A stretch of 64,000 nucleotides of DNA from assembly GCF_964204645.1 (NCBI RefSeq), contig NC_134027.1, positions 9,890,485-9,954,484 on the forward strand, read 5' to 3'. This document shows positions 25,386-36,722 of the stretch, piece by piece (position 1 is the stretch's first letter; each line of letters begins with the position of its first letter). Origin of the DNA: Tubulanus polymorphus (lineage: Eukaryota; Animalia; Nemertea). A program made the translations under genes and the position numbers. The notes beneath the pieces are model-generated. The model saw nothing but the letters and a program-made list of their open reading frames with translations. It was not told where the DNA came from and searched no databases.

Positions 25386-28300
25386 TTTTATTTGTTTATC
25401 ATACTTCTCAATGCAATTCAATGAAGATTTATTCGACAAAATATTCGTGCAAGTCAATTCAAACGGAATTTATTCTTATCGTAAATGAAAGAATTTCGCC
25501 GGAATGGTTCTCGGCTGTACGGGCATGAAGAAATGCTGGAAATACATTCAACCGTCATGAAAGGAAAAAGATACTGATATGTTTACAGCGAAGATAGTTC
25601 CCTGCATTGAGCCAAAAGGCCCGTCCGAAAACGTGCCTTGGCCGGGGACCGACTGCGCGTGCGGCGGGCACAATACGACCCCCAAGGCATTTTTAGGCCT
25701 ATGGTGTATCTAAATTGAATTATTGATCTACACCGACAGTTCTATTTATCCTCTCGTTTCGTTGGGGTTTGAGTTGCCCCTAAATGACAAGCTTATTTTA
25801 ACTATGGAACCGGCGGTGAAACGACTGTGGGAAGCCTGCCCGGGTGCCATTGCCAGTTTTTGAGCGGGTATCGGTATAGATGCTGGTCGCCGATTCTGAA
25901 TGATCGATCTCAAAAAAAATAATAATTTATCATCAATCCATACTGAGCAAAGACGGCCTTCATTGCTTTGAATAAAAAGCCCGTGTTTTTCGTTTGTACA
26001 GAAGAGTACTACACCGGCATCTGAAAGTTCTCCCCAGCATTATTTCATCTTCCGTCGGTTGAGGTCATTTATCACTATACTAAAAAGTTTTCAAACCTCA
26101 TTTTCATTAATAGATTTAGTAAGCCTATGATTCAGTTTTTCAAAACAGATAATTAGTTATTCATTGATTCGGAACATTTTGTACTCAATTAGGTCTTGGT
26201 GCAAATTTCGGTGGTTCGACGAGGCCACCTACGTAACCCACTGCACAGAGAGCTATCCGAATACGTAGATCACGTACTCAGCCATTTCGGTTTTCTTGAA
26301 TTGTTCTAGACTCTAGATAACATCGATGGGGCAATAAAGTCCAGCCATTTCCACTGCAAATAAATATTGTCGATTTATTAGCGTGTTCTAGTTGTTTCTG
26401 TTCGGTGCGCTGGATGGAAGCGACAATTTATTGCAATAGTCTAAAGAAGATCGGATAGGGGAGTTTTGTTTGCTGCTTCCACCACCAAGTTGCACCTTTT
26501 GGAATGAAAATGGGGTTGGATGATTGGTTAGCTCAGCATGAAGTTTAAGTTCTTCAAATGCATTCCATGCGACGGGATAGAGCTTAAAGCAGAGAAAAAA
26601 CAAACAAACAATAAATTCAAAATTTTTTCATCCAAATGAAAAGAGAGTAGCTGTAGAAAAGTAGCCTTCTGTGTGGGCCGAGCAAAGCCTTAGGCTGCTG
26701 TTGCGAGCACCCAGTAAGGGAAAAAAGGAAAAAGGAATGAACAAAGGGAAAGGAATCGGCGATTGATAAATTTCGTAAATTTGATAGTTCAGAAGAAGGG
26801 GCAATCTTTAACAATTAGGGTTACGGTATTACATAGATGATGCGAAGGATCTACACGCTTTAAATTTCGTTTGCTTGTCATGCCGCGGTCCGCGTTTTTC
26901 ATTATGGCTTGACTCGATCTAGCACCGACTATCTTTAAATGCCATCATAAAACTATCATGTCATTAAGCAGTTATAAAAAGTGATGAATCTTAGTAGACC
27001 GATAATACGCGGAGTTTAGATTCCCAGGCCCGTAACCAGGGTTTTTCAAAAGCGGATCAAAACACGGCAATTTCGTCCGCAATAATGTTTCAACTGCCAG
27101 AGTTAGAAATGTTGGTCCACCCAGATCTGTTCTCGTACAGTGCAGCAAATTCACAATCGATTCATGAATGAATAAATCACAGGGGCTGGATTTATTCCAC
27201 GGCTCGTATCAGAGTTGTAGATTAATGTAAAAACGATAATCCGTTAATCCAATATCCATAGTTTATATAAGATAACTAATAATATAATAATAAAAGTTAT
27301 TTTATATATACTATAGACGTTGGATTAACAGATTATCGTTTTTATATTAATCTACAACTCTGATACGAGCCCTGTGGAATAAATCCAGTGTCAATTGCAA
27401 ACCCCAGTATCCTTGTAAAATACATTTGTTTATGATACAGGGATACTAGGGTCGGTCGATACCAGTTTTATTCATTCACGTGATAAGCCCGTGTCTCTCG
27501 TGATTACATCAACCGCGAATTGGGCGTGACAGTGCACTAGACCGCCATCTATCGTAAAAATACAACGCCAATGATTTGAAAATTTACCAACATTGCCGTG
27601 TGGCGGCGGCGTTAAATGATTCAAGTCATCCGAAATAACTTCCAGTGAGGTCGAATAACGATTATTTTTTTTACTCCTAAATGAATGTACATCACTAGAC
27701 CAAATTTCCCTCGCAAGATGACCAACATGAGTGCCTACGAATGCCCCGGCCTGTGACTTGTAGTAACTTGTACAAATCCAATCTATCATGATGTGATGAT
27801 CATCATCGAGGGCCTGATGAAATATGTACTTTTTGGTTTGATGGCCAATTAATAGCCAACACGGGGCGCGTGGGCTTTGTTGGGCCTTTCATGGCGTACG
27901 TCTCGCTAAGTCTCACTGAGATGAGAATAAAGACATTGTATTGTATTGTACTGAAGCAGTAGGTGTAGGAGAGCAGCACTGTCTACAACACTTTACACTG
28001 CAAGTAGCTCCCAACAACAGAACCAGGCAGCTGCTGCACGCTCACATCACCACAGCACTGCTCTAAACTAGACGCTGGGGAATTTTGTACGCCGCTTCTA
28101 TGTGAATCTCCGTATATAACTCAACTCTCTTGGATTTAATCAAATCTGGATTTAATAACCTTTATTATCGTGTTTGTAAATAATAGCGTGGAATCTGTAT
28201 GTATATTGTGTTTTTATTAGACAATGTCTATTCGTACGTTTAATAGAACTACTAGGGATTTTAATGTAGAAGACAGAGCTAGACAAGTCTTGTTGGTAGT

Positions 28301-28519
28301 TGATTTTATTTGCCTCGCGTAGCTTCTCTAGTGTCTGTAGTACTGAGAATTCAGCCTGTCTATTCTTGCGGATCAGCTGGTCGGAGTTCGTATCCTGTTC
28401 AATCATGGATGTTGTTATAAGATACTGTCCGAAATCATTGATATAGCCGTGCGGTTTTTATATTGTCTTATGAGAGAAATCATTATTTCGATATAATTGA
28501 CCCGCTTTCATTATCCACC
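25386..28519. promoter_or_regulatory. Divergent interval between the Dcp1 and proximal Cav1 start codons (promoters and 5' UTRs)
   Basis: The two ATGs point away from each other ~3.1 kb apart. GC-rich patch with TGCGCGTGCG near 25655. Short uORFs at 28405-28446 and 28470-28496 precede the Cav1 ATG. TSSs cannot be seen directly. Confidence 0.6.
27186..27388. repeat. ~200-bp foldback palindrome
   Basis: ctggatttattccacggctcgtatcagagttgtagattaat... pairs with ...attaatctacaactctgatacgagccctgtggaataaatccag. Confidence 0.9.
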
Positions 28520-28538
28520 ATGTCTTCATACAGGCCAG
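28520..28538 (+). CDS. Cav1 (L-type Ca channel alpha-1) proximal coding first exon (MSSYRP-G)
   Basis: CCACCATG Kozak context, then 19 nt and a CAG|GTATGT donor. Phase 1 joins in frame to exon 2 (G|GG TCA AAT TAT = GSNY), as vertebrate CACNA1C exon 1 joins GSNY. Confidence 0.75.
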
Positions 28539-29730
28539 GTATGTATCAAATTATCGAATAAAAAATCTCCATTTTAATTCCATTTGATTAGATACGTCGA
28601 CCAAATTTTTTTCTATGTGTTTAGGCTAATTAACGCAGTTAAGGTCAATTAATGTTTAAAGCAATCTATTATTGATAAGGTGACTAATGATTTTTGAATA
28701 GGCCTATCTTTGTCAGGTTAGGAATTGATTAATCAAAATAAGTGGTCATTTCGTATCGTATTAACAAAGTATCTTGCTACAGCAATAAATTTCAAAGAAA
28801 CTTATGGAGAATCGATATGAATCCATCATGATCATTAATAAAGTCCCATGGATTGAAAATACATACTTTCTTTGATTATTCTGTACCAGGCCCTTAAATT
28901 GGCGCCTATTTCAATTGTTAATGGAACAAGAAAAATGGCCTTGTACATAGCCTATGCATTTTTGCATATATACATATATGAAAGGTTGCAACATCTGTAT
29001 TTTTAGAAAAGCGAATTATTGATGCCGAAAACACCCTATCGATTCATATTTTCAATGATTATTATGCATATAATAAGTACATTGTTGAAGAGCGTTGTAG
29101 GATGTTAACATATAAATTTGTATGTAAAACTAAAAACGAATCTATTGAATCAATGCTTCTCGTTTGTATATTCATTAAACGGAAACTAGAAACGACGATA
29201 TATTCCCTTGTGTAATTTCTGGGCGTAATACTTTGCTGATTTTCTATTCAGGTTGTTCTGCATGGTAAATGTATTTTGAATTTGACTTTTTCACACGACC
29301 ATGATTATTTTACACCGCGGTTTGCTTGACTTAATTTTTTTCTAAACTAAATGCCACGGTGATCGGTTTTTGATCTGTTGTACCAGGTAGGCTTATGGTT
29401 CCTGGTGGTTCCTCTTTTTTTGGTTTGTCTTATTGATTGTGGTGTATATTACAAATCTTTACTTGCTTAAATGGTTTGCTGCGTCTTTGCTGTCTTATTG
29501 ATTTGAATTCCTTCTGGAATGACCCTTTTTTGCAGCATTTCAAAAGATTTAGTTATTCTTACCTGTGAGATACATATGATAGATCTATATATGATGTTGA
29601 AACTTAGTTTTTGCTCTGGCTAGAAATCTTCCTGAATTTCAAGTAGCCGTTTAAAGTAGGGGTTTAAAGTAAGTAAAACCTCTCCCGATAGTTGTGGTAA
29701 AATTTTTATATCGTTTCTATTCCTTTGCAG

Positions 29731-30166
29731 GGTCAAATTATGACCAGGAGGATAATACCTATTCACCGAGACACGCTAACAATCGAGAAAGCAATCCTGC
29801 GTCGCCGCAGCCTACTCCTAATCGCAGTCCACAGCGGAATAGCACATCGGTTAATAACAGCCCGGCAAAAGCTGCCGATGGTAGTGGGCCGAAAGGTGGG
29901 GCGTCACAGCAGACTGGCGCGGCTCCATCAGGCCAGTCGACTATATCGAATATACCCGGATTAAGTAGCGCTTGGGCCAACGCGTTGGAAGCAGCCCGCC
30001 AGGCAAAGGCTGCCCAAGGCGGGGACAGTTCAACCATGACAAAACGCAGGACTAATCAAAGACAAAACCGACAAGCCCTGGCCAATGTGCGACCGGTACG
30101 GGCTTTGTACTGTTTAAGTTTGGAGAACCCTTTACGGAAACTGTGTATCGGAATTGTTGAGTGGAA
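29731..30166 (+). CDS. Cav1 exon 2: cytoplasmic N-terminus with NSCaTE ([14 protein letters not shown]) and [26 protein letters not shown]
   Basis: TCCTTTGCAG acceptor. Peptide matches Cav1 R..RAL.CL.L.NP.R..CI.IVEWK. Ends at the U12 donor ATATCCTT. Confidence 0.96.
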
Positions 30167-30624
30167 ATATCCTTTTATTACATTACACGACTAATGAATT
30201 GAATGATGATAGAAGGGTGGATACACCATTTCAAAATGATTATGCATCAGGCCTGACGGAAACGAAAAACTATTTGGTCGGCCATGCGCCATTTTTGCCA
30301 ACAACACCCTTACCAGAACTCAAAAAGATGCACATTTTTTATGTTGGCTTAAAAGTTTTTATTCTATATTTTCATGCTGCCTTAGAGAAACGTTGGTCAG
30401 CAATCCAATTGCACCCAGTCTGTCGGCCTTGTGCATAGGTCATGCGTAAGGAACGCTATATTGCAAGACTTAAGTCTCCCCTCCTCTATTGATGTTAAAA
30501 GACGAATAATAGCTTTCACCACTGAGAGTATAATCGTTGTATAGATTTTGTGGATTCAATGGGTTAAATACGGCTTTGTTTTTGTTGAAATTTTGCTCAA
30601 ATTTCCTTAACCTAACGTTTTCAC
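30167..30624 (+). other. U12-type (minor spliceosome) AT-AC intron of Cav1
   Basis: 5' end ATATCCTTTT, branch site TTCCTTAAC at 30603-30611, 3' end ...TTTTCAC. Splicing restores the codon AA|G and gives WKPFEY. Confidence 0.96.
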
Positions 30625-30730
30625 GCCTTTTGAATATTTAGTACTGTTGACTATATTTGCCAACTGCGTAGCATTAGCAGTGTACACGCCCTATCCAGAA
30701 TCCGACTCAAATGAGGTCAATGCTGCATTG
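30625..30730 (+). CDS. Cav1 exon 3, IS1 ([35 protein letters not shown])
   Basis: Typical Cav1 IS1 sequence. Ends at TTG|GTAAGT. Confidence 0.97.
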
Positions 30731-32073
30731 GTAAGTTAACGATTTTCATTGATGATTTGAAAATATACAGCATGAATCCGCTTATATTTCATATAGTTGT
30801 ACATTGGTACATCGTACAATTATGTTTCTGTTTTGTTCATGCTTTGTTCTAATCAAAATAGACCCAATACGATATATATCGACACATTTTAGAGTTTAGT
30901 AAGCTGAAAAACAATTGAAGAATGTCTCCATAAATCTTCGTACTGATATTTTCATATGAATTCAGGCAATCTTATTGCCTTTCAAATCATATTATCACAA
31001 GTCATAGTTATCGGAACAATTTCCACTACCTGACCGGGCGCAATGGGTTACCACAGATGTAAAGTCAAGCAAAGTAGAGTTCATAGATATACAAGTGGCG
31101 TTCACAAGATATTCTGGGCTTATAGCAAGTACCGTTCCTATATAGTACTGAATATGCAATACCGCACTGATAAACAGAGCGTTCACACATGATTTGGTGC
31201 TTAGTATGCCTGCTCGTGTTTTCAAGATGATGGTGTTTCCATGCTATCTTCATTTTTCTTTTTTTTTCGATCCATTCTTAAACCCGCTCTTCTGCCTTCC
31301 CGATGGTAGTTCGAATTGCTGGTTCGGTGTTCAACTACTATCAAGTTCCTCGCTAACGTGGGCGAAATATGTTCGTCATTATATTGTTAAAAGTGAGCGT
31401 CAAATCATGTGACTTTTACTGCGTATATACGTGTTCTTTCTATTGGCTTCTTGTATTAAAGATGGGAGTCAAAAAAGATTGAAAACATGACGCACGTGAA
31501 TAAAATACGGTCATCCCCCTGGTTGAGTAGCATACTAAAATAACGCAGCTTGCTAAGCGCCCACGTTCAGACTACAGAAGGTACACAGCCAGCTCAGGAC
31601 CATACTGAGTTCAGTTGTCAGTGCGCAATCACTCCCTATGCTTACTAAGCCTGGTATTTTGGTACCATACTGAAAAATGACAAAAAGCCTCGAATAATTT
31701 AACCACTTAGTACCTTACTGAAATCTTCATGTGAATGCCACTGTGGTTTGTATCTGTGTCCGTAGTGTTAAATATGTTAATTGCAATGGTTCATTGCACT
31801 GTGGACATGATTATACTAATTGTTAGGCCTATAGTAATTATATTGTCTGATAGCAAATGAACTAGGTGTGATTGTCACGTGCCATGCTCCCTATGGTCAT
31901 TCATTATTCAAGGAGGTCTTGGTTCAGTATGAAAACCAGTCGAAAACCAGAGTATATAAACATAGACTAAGCCTATATCTTTCACTATTGGCCAGATCAA
32001 GGAGGACTTAGAAATAGTACCTGGTCCCACTAGTTACAGTATATTATCCCATAGAGCCAGTTTTATAGAATAA

Positions 32074-32197
32074 AGCTGCGATCACACAACCATTTTTGGC
32101 CTATGCCAAATTAGGCCCGGAACATCTGTTCACACAGGTGCCAGTTTGGCTCCACCAAAAAATGCTGGACCTGGCCCGAGCCAATTTTTGTTACGGG
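32074..32197 (+). mobile_element. MITE family A copy, left part only
   Basis: AGCTGCGATCACAC TIR followed by gccaaattaggcccggaaca...cacacaggtgcc. Confidence 0.7.
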
Positions 32198-33424
32198 TGT
32201 AGCATACTTTTTCTCTTATTTCTTAAGTTCGTTGTCATTTGAGTTGAGATTGAGTTGATTAAATTGTTTACTTTTGGTTAGATATTCGAAGTCGTTAGGA
32301 TTTACTTTGGATTGAGGCCTTAATCTTTTTTCGGGGGCAGAGGATCCGGTTAGAAAATTCTGAAGTTCAATCGCCATGAGCTCGTATATATGAAATGAAA
32401 CCGGGCGCCGGGCTGTTTCAGCGTTTAGGCTAAAATGATCGAGTTTCGAATGAAGTTGTCAATGGCAACTAATTAAAAATGCTGTCGTATTAACTGTGTT
32501 TAAGGTAAACATGCTCGCCGAGCGAGTATCATCTATACGCTCGCTCGGCATGATGAATTCAAATCAGTGCATTTCATTAACGAATAACAATGATGAACAT
32601 TGACAACGATGGGGTTATCAATCCAATTGTGTGGGGCGCGCGATATTAATGCACGTCAAACTACGCCGTAGATGTAGCCCTCGAGAGGACTGCCGCGCTT
32701 GCGATGGCTGTAGCAATTTCATCGGCGCGCGAGGATGATGTTGATTATTATCTGGTGATTATTGCCGTATCTGTGCGTAACGATGACAAATGATAAACCG
32801 CGATGCTTTTTATTTAGTTGATAGACCCGTACCGAAGTGGCGCGGTTACCTGCGATCGAGTCGTAGTATTAATAATATCGCCGCGACGCACGTTTAGAGT
32901 TGTCAGGTTCGTTTTGTACGGAAATTATGAATTTTTTTCGGAAAAATTTTCATTCTTTCGCTCTTGGAACACGTCGGCCGTCGACGTCATTTGTTGCCGA
33001 TGCTATTACTCGCGACTGCTTTCATGCGGAGTCGCGCTAATTAAATGACATTTCGTCGATATTAGGCCTATTAGCGCCACGAATAAATTGTAAGCCGCAA
33101 ATTTATGCTCTTTATATAGCGGTGCAAATCACAGAAAAAACCGACCGCATTTCAAAAAAAGTTCCCGCATCAAATCCCTATATACCGTTGTGACCAAATA
33201 TCGATAGATTTTCATTTTTTTAAAGACTTTATACCCTGAGACATAGATTTGGCGGGTTGTAAATAAATCAAGAGTTAGAATATTCGGTCCCTTGAATATG
33301 GTTCCGTCAGTTCCTCAAAACAAGTGACTCGATAATGATCATGAATTTAGCCATACTCGCACAACTGTTCAGAACCCAGTTCAACACTTCAGGGCCCAGT
33401 TCAACAGTTCTGCAGTTACAAGCA

Positions 33425-33730
33425 CTTTGGGCCTTTGCCATATTGGCCTGGAACAACTGTCCATAGGGGCGATCAATGGGCCTGTGCCTGTTTGGCCCAA
33501 CCAGAAACGTCAGACCAGGGCCGAGCCAAATTTTACCATAGGTCAAATCATAAGTGTGAATCGTAACTGGTTCCCGGAAGTGACTCACTTTGATTTGTTT
33601 AAGCGTTTAGTATGGAGTGAGTCATTTACATGTGAACGTGCTTTCCAATTATAGGCATGGGCCAAATTCGACTCGGGCCTGATCCGTGCCAATTTAAATC
33701 GGGCCAAATCGTCTCCGTGTTATCTCGACG
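33425..33730 (+). mobile_element. MITE family A copy
   Basis: Shared core (gccgagccaaattt...gtgactcacttt...gggccaaatcgtctccgtg). Confidence 0.75.
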
Positions 33731-34744
33731 CTTTATGAATGTGATTGACCGAGTATTTGGCTACCATTTCACCACGTCAGCCTTTCTTGAAGATGGTTCT
33801 CTGAAAAGTCATTCGCGTGTAGCGCGTAATGGAAAATATGGAATATTTCCCGTTCAAAAGAAAGCCCGAAGCGTAATATTCATCTATGTATATGTATATA
33901 AATATATTCTATTGTCGCGGGTTGAATTGAATAACACAGTGAAACGTGGCTAATAATAAGAACTAGCGTGGTTATGGAGTACTACTTGGACAGTAAAATC
34001 CCTTGCCGGCTGACAGCAGCTGTTGCGCGTGAATTCAATACGACGTAGGCCATAAATATGTATTGATGATGTCGAATATAATGTCTTGAGCGATGAAATT
34101 TTGATTCGATTCATACGTATCGGGCGAAGACTGTAGGTTTTTTGTCGTTTTCTGACCCTTATTTGAATGACTTGTATCGGGGTATGTAGAATGCGATTCT
34201 GGTAATGGGTTCGTCCCAAATGATCTGGATTGAACTGGCTTCTATTAGTCAAAAGGAATCAGACCACAATTAGGTTAGTAGCTCGGAAAATGCGTAGGGC
34301 CGGACCCCAAAAATAGAACCTAGAGTGAAGAAGAGGTCCCCCATAAATGTTGCCATAATTTTTGCAAATGGGATAGGTAGCGAATTTCGGTTATATGTAT
34401 GAAATCCATTGATCCTGAGAGACAGATTGATAATGAAATAAGGGATTCCCTGGACTTCTTTTGCTTGGATTAATGGTACCAAACATGGTGGGGATTCCCT
34501 TAGATATTGGGCTGAGATGTACTGGCATACCTGTATTGGGATACCCCTCCTTTCTAAAGGTTTGATTATTTCAAAAGTTAGGTTGGGTATGTGACGAATA
34601 CCACTTCAATGCATAGCTAAGATGCTGGCCTGTGAGCCATAAGCAGGATTTCCCCTGAATTTACGCGCTTATATATGAACTAAACTCTTGAATTTCTTGT
34701 TTTTGCTAATAGGATATAGAAGATTTTGGAATAGTGGTTTGAGC

Positions 34745-35810
34745 TCAAAAGCCGGGATCATACCAGCATTTTTAGCCCATGCCAAATTTGGTGCGGAACA
34801 ATTGTGCACACGACAACGTGCCTGTTTGCCCTAGCCAAATTTTAGCATGGATCTTATTATTGCATGTGAATTGCTACTGGTTCTGGAAGTGACTCACTTA
34901 GCTTTGTTTAAGCATTGTTAAGGCTGGCTTATGTCGACAAGCAACGCGACGCCTACCGACGCAACTGGGTTTATCGCCGATTAGCGGCAACTAGCGGCCT
35001 ACTAGAGGCCGCCAGTTGCTCCTCAATCGGTTTGACATAAGCCGGCTTGCGACGACAACGCGACGCCTACCGACTCGCAAGCCATATCCGGCTAGTTGCC
35101 CATGTTCTACTCCGGCCTACGGTAGGTGAACAGTTGCTTTCGATCGCAGTCGACATAAGCTCATCTGCGACGCGACGGAACTGAGCCCAGGGGTTCCAGC
35201 CAATGAGAGACCGCATTTACATAGTACAAATTATCACCGCTAGTTAGCGTCATTCGTAATTAGTCATAAACTTTCAAATTCAAGTTCAAAACGTAAACCA
35301 AACCTTCAGCACGGCAGAGGACTGGACCAAAGATCTAGAAACGAAATTGGTAGAATTATGGTGTGAGCGGCCATCTTTTTAGATGTCGCTAGCACGTTGT
35401 ATTCAAAACAGAATCAGAAAGATCAAAGTCTTAAAGAAATAGCTTTTCTAATAGAATATATTTCCTAATGATTCAAATTTATTCTCAAAATGCTTATCAC
35501 GTGACCATTTGAGCCATTGCAGTTGCTAGTAATCGCAACCGACATAAGCAGGGAAGCAACTGGGAGGATCTCATATCCCGATAGTCGGCCTCAGTTGCTG
35601 CGAATCGGAGCACAGTCGACATAAGCTGGGCTGCGATCGCGGTTGCTCTCAGTTGCGTCGGTAGGAGTCGGTAGACGTCGCGTTGCTTGTCGAAATAAGC
35701 CAGCCTTTAGTATCTTGTGAGGCGTTTACGTGCGAACACACTCTTTTATTAGGCACAGGCCAAATATGCTAACTTGGCCCGGGCCAAATCGTCTCCATGT
35801 GATCGTCGCT
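34745..35810 (+). mobile_element. MITE family A copy split by the Harbinger insertion
   Basis: The family core is interrupted at agcattg-tta and resumes after 35706, ending in gtgatcgtcgct. Confidence 0.75.
34921..35706 (+). mobile_element. Non-autonomous PIF/Harbinger derivative nested inside a family-A MITE
   Basis: TIRs AGGCTGGCTTATGTCGACAAGCAACGCGACG and CGTCGCGTTGCTTGTCGAAATAAGCCAGCCT. TTA TSD at 34918-34920 and 35707-35709. Frameshifted MADF/Myb-like relic at ~35323-35450. Confidence 0.85.
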
Positions 35811-36453
35811 ATTAGAATTACCCTGGTGACTCTTTTACTGGTTATTCTTGGTTGCTGCTGCTAGCCAGTTTTCATTCAGGCATTTTATCTCTACTTCCTT
35901 GAAATGTCTTAGTAATCAAGATGCATCTACAACAGATATATGAGTTCCTTCAGGCAGTGATGTGTTATTAGTCTACCGTATAGTATAGAATATGATAGCC
36001 CAGTCTATACACTCATCTGAATCTCCAGACTTTGGAAAAAAAGAGGTTACAGTTATTCAAGACTCTGATACCAAACGAACCTCTCCGATATCATGGCCCA
36101 GACTTGAACGGATAGAAAATCATCATGAATTTCTAAGACTACCGTGATTAGTTGAAAGATCAAAATCCTGTCTACTCTCGATCTAACGGTGATACTTAAT
36201 CTAGTAAGGGCGCGTTGAATGCATTTCGGATTGATTTGAACGGCCGATTTTTCCTCGCATACATAGATTCACTCTGAATTTTCAGTACATCTCGCTATAC
36301 ACTAGTATTTGTATAAGGAATGATTTCCAACTGAAATTGTTCGTCGGTCGAACTTGCAGGTGTCTTGCGTGTTGTAGACGCAAATTTATCATAATTAATG
36401 CGGGCGGATTCTGTGAAGGTACATATTTAAAATGCTGTTTAGTATAGACGCCT

Positions 36454-36456
<3 letters not shown>

Positions 36457-36548
<92 letters not shown>
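36457..36548. repeat. (TA)n microsatellite
   Basis: Directly visible. Confidence 0.95.
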
Positions 36549-36551
<3 letters not shown>

Positions 36552-36691
36552 GCGTTAGCTCTCTTTCTACCTATGGAACATACATTCGACACCTGTTTGC
36601 TTCATGCTGCTATATATAAATGCATTCAGTCTGCGTAATGCTTTATAGAAAGGTTTTAGCCGCAATCTGACTGCATCTCATCTCACTTAAC

Positions 36692-36722
<31 letters not shown>

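Noticed and set aside
33307-33953. ORFs in MITE copies (also 6085-6429, 38679-38876, 59640-59834)
   Set aside because: They lie in a non-coding repeat family and the frames are not conserved between copies.
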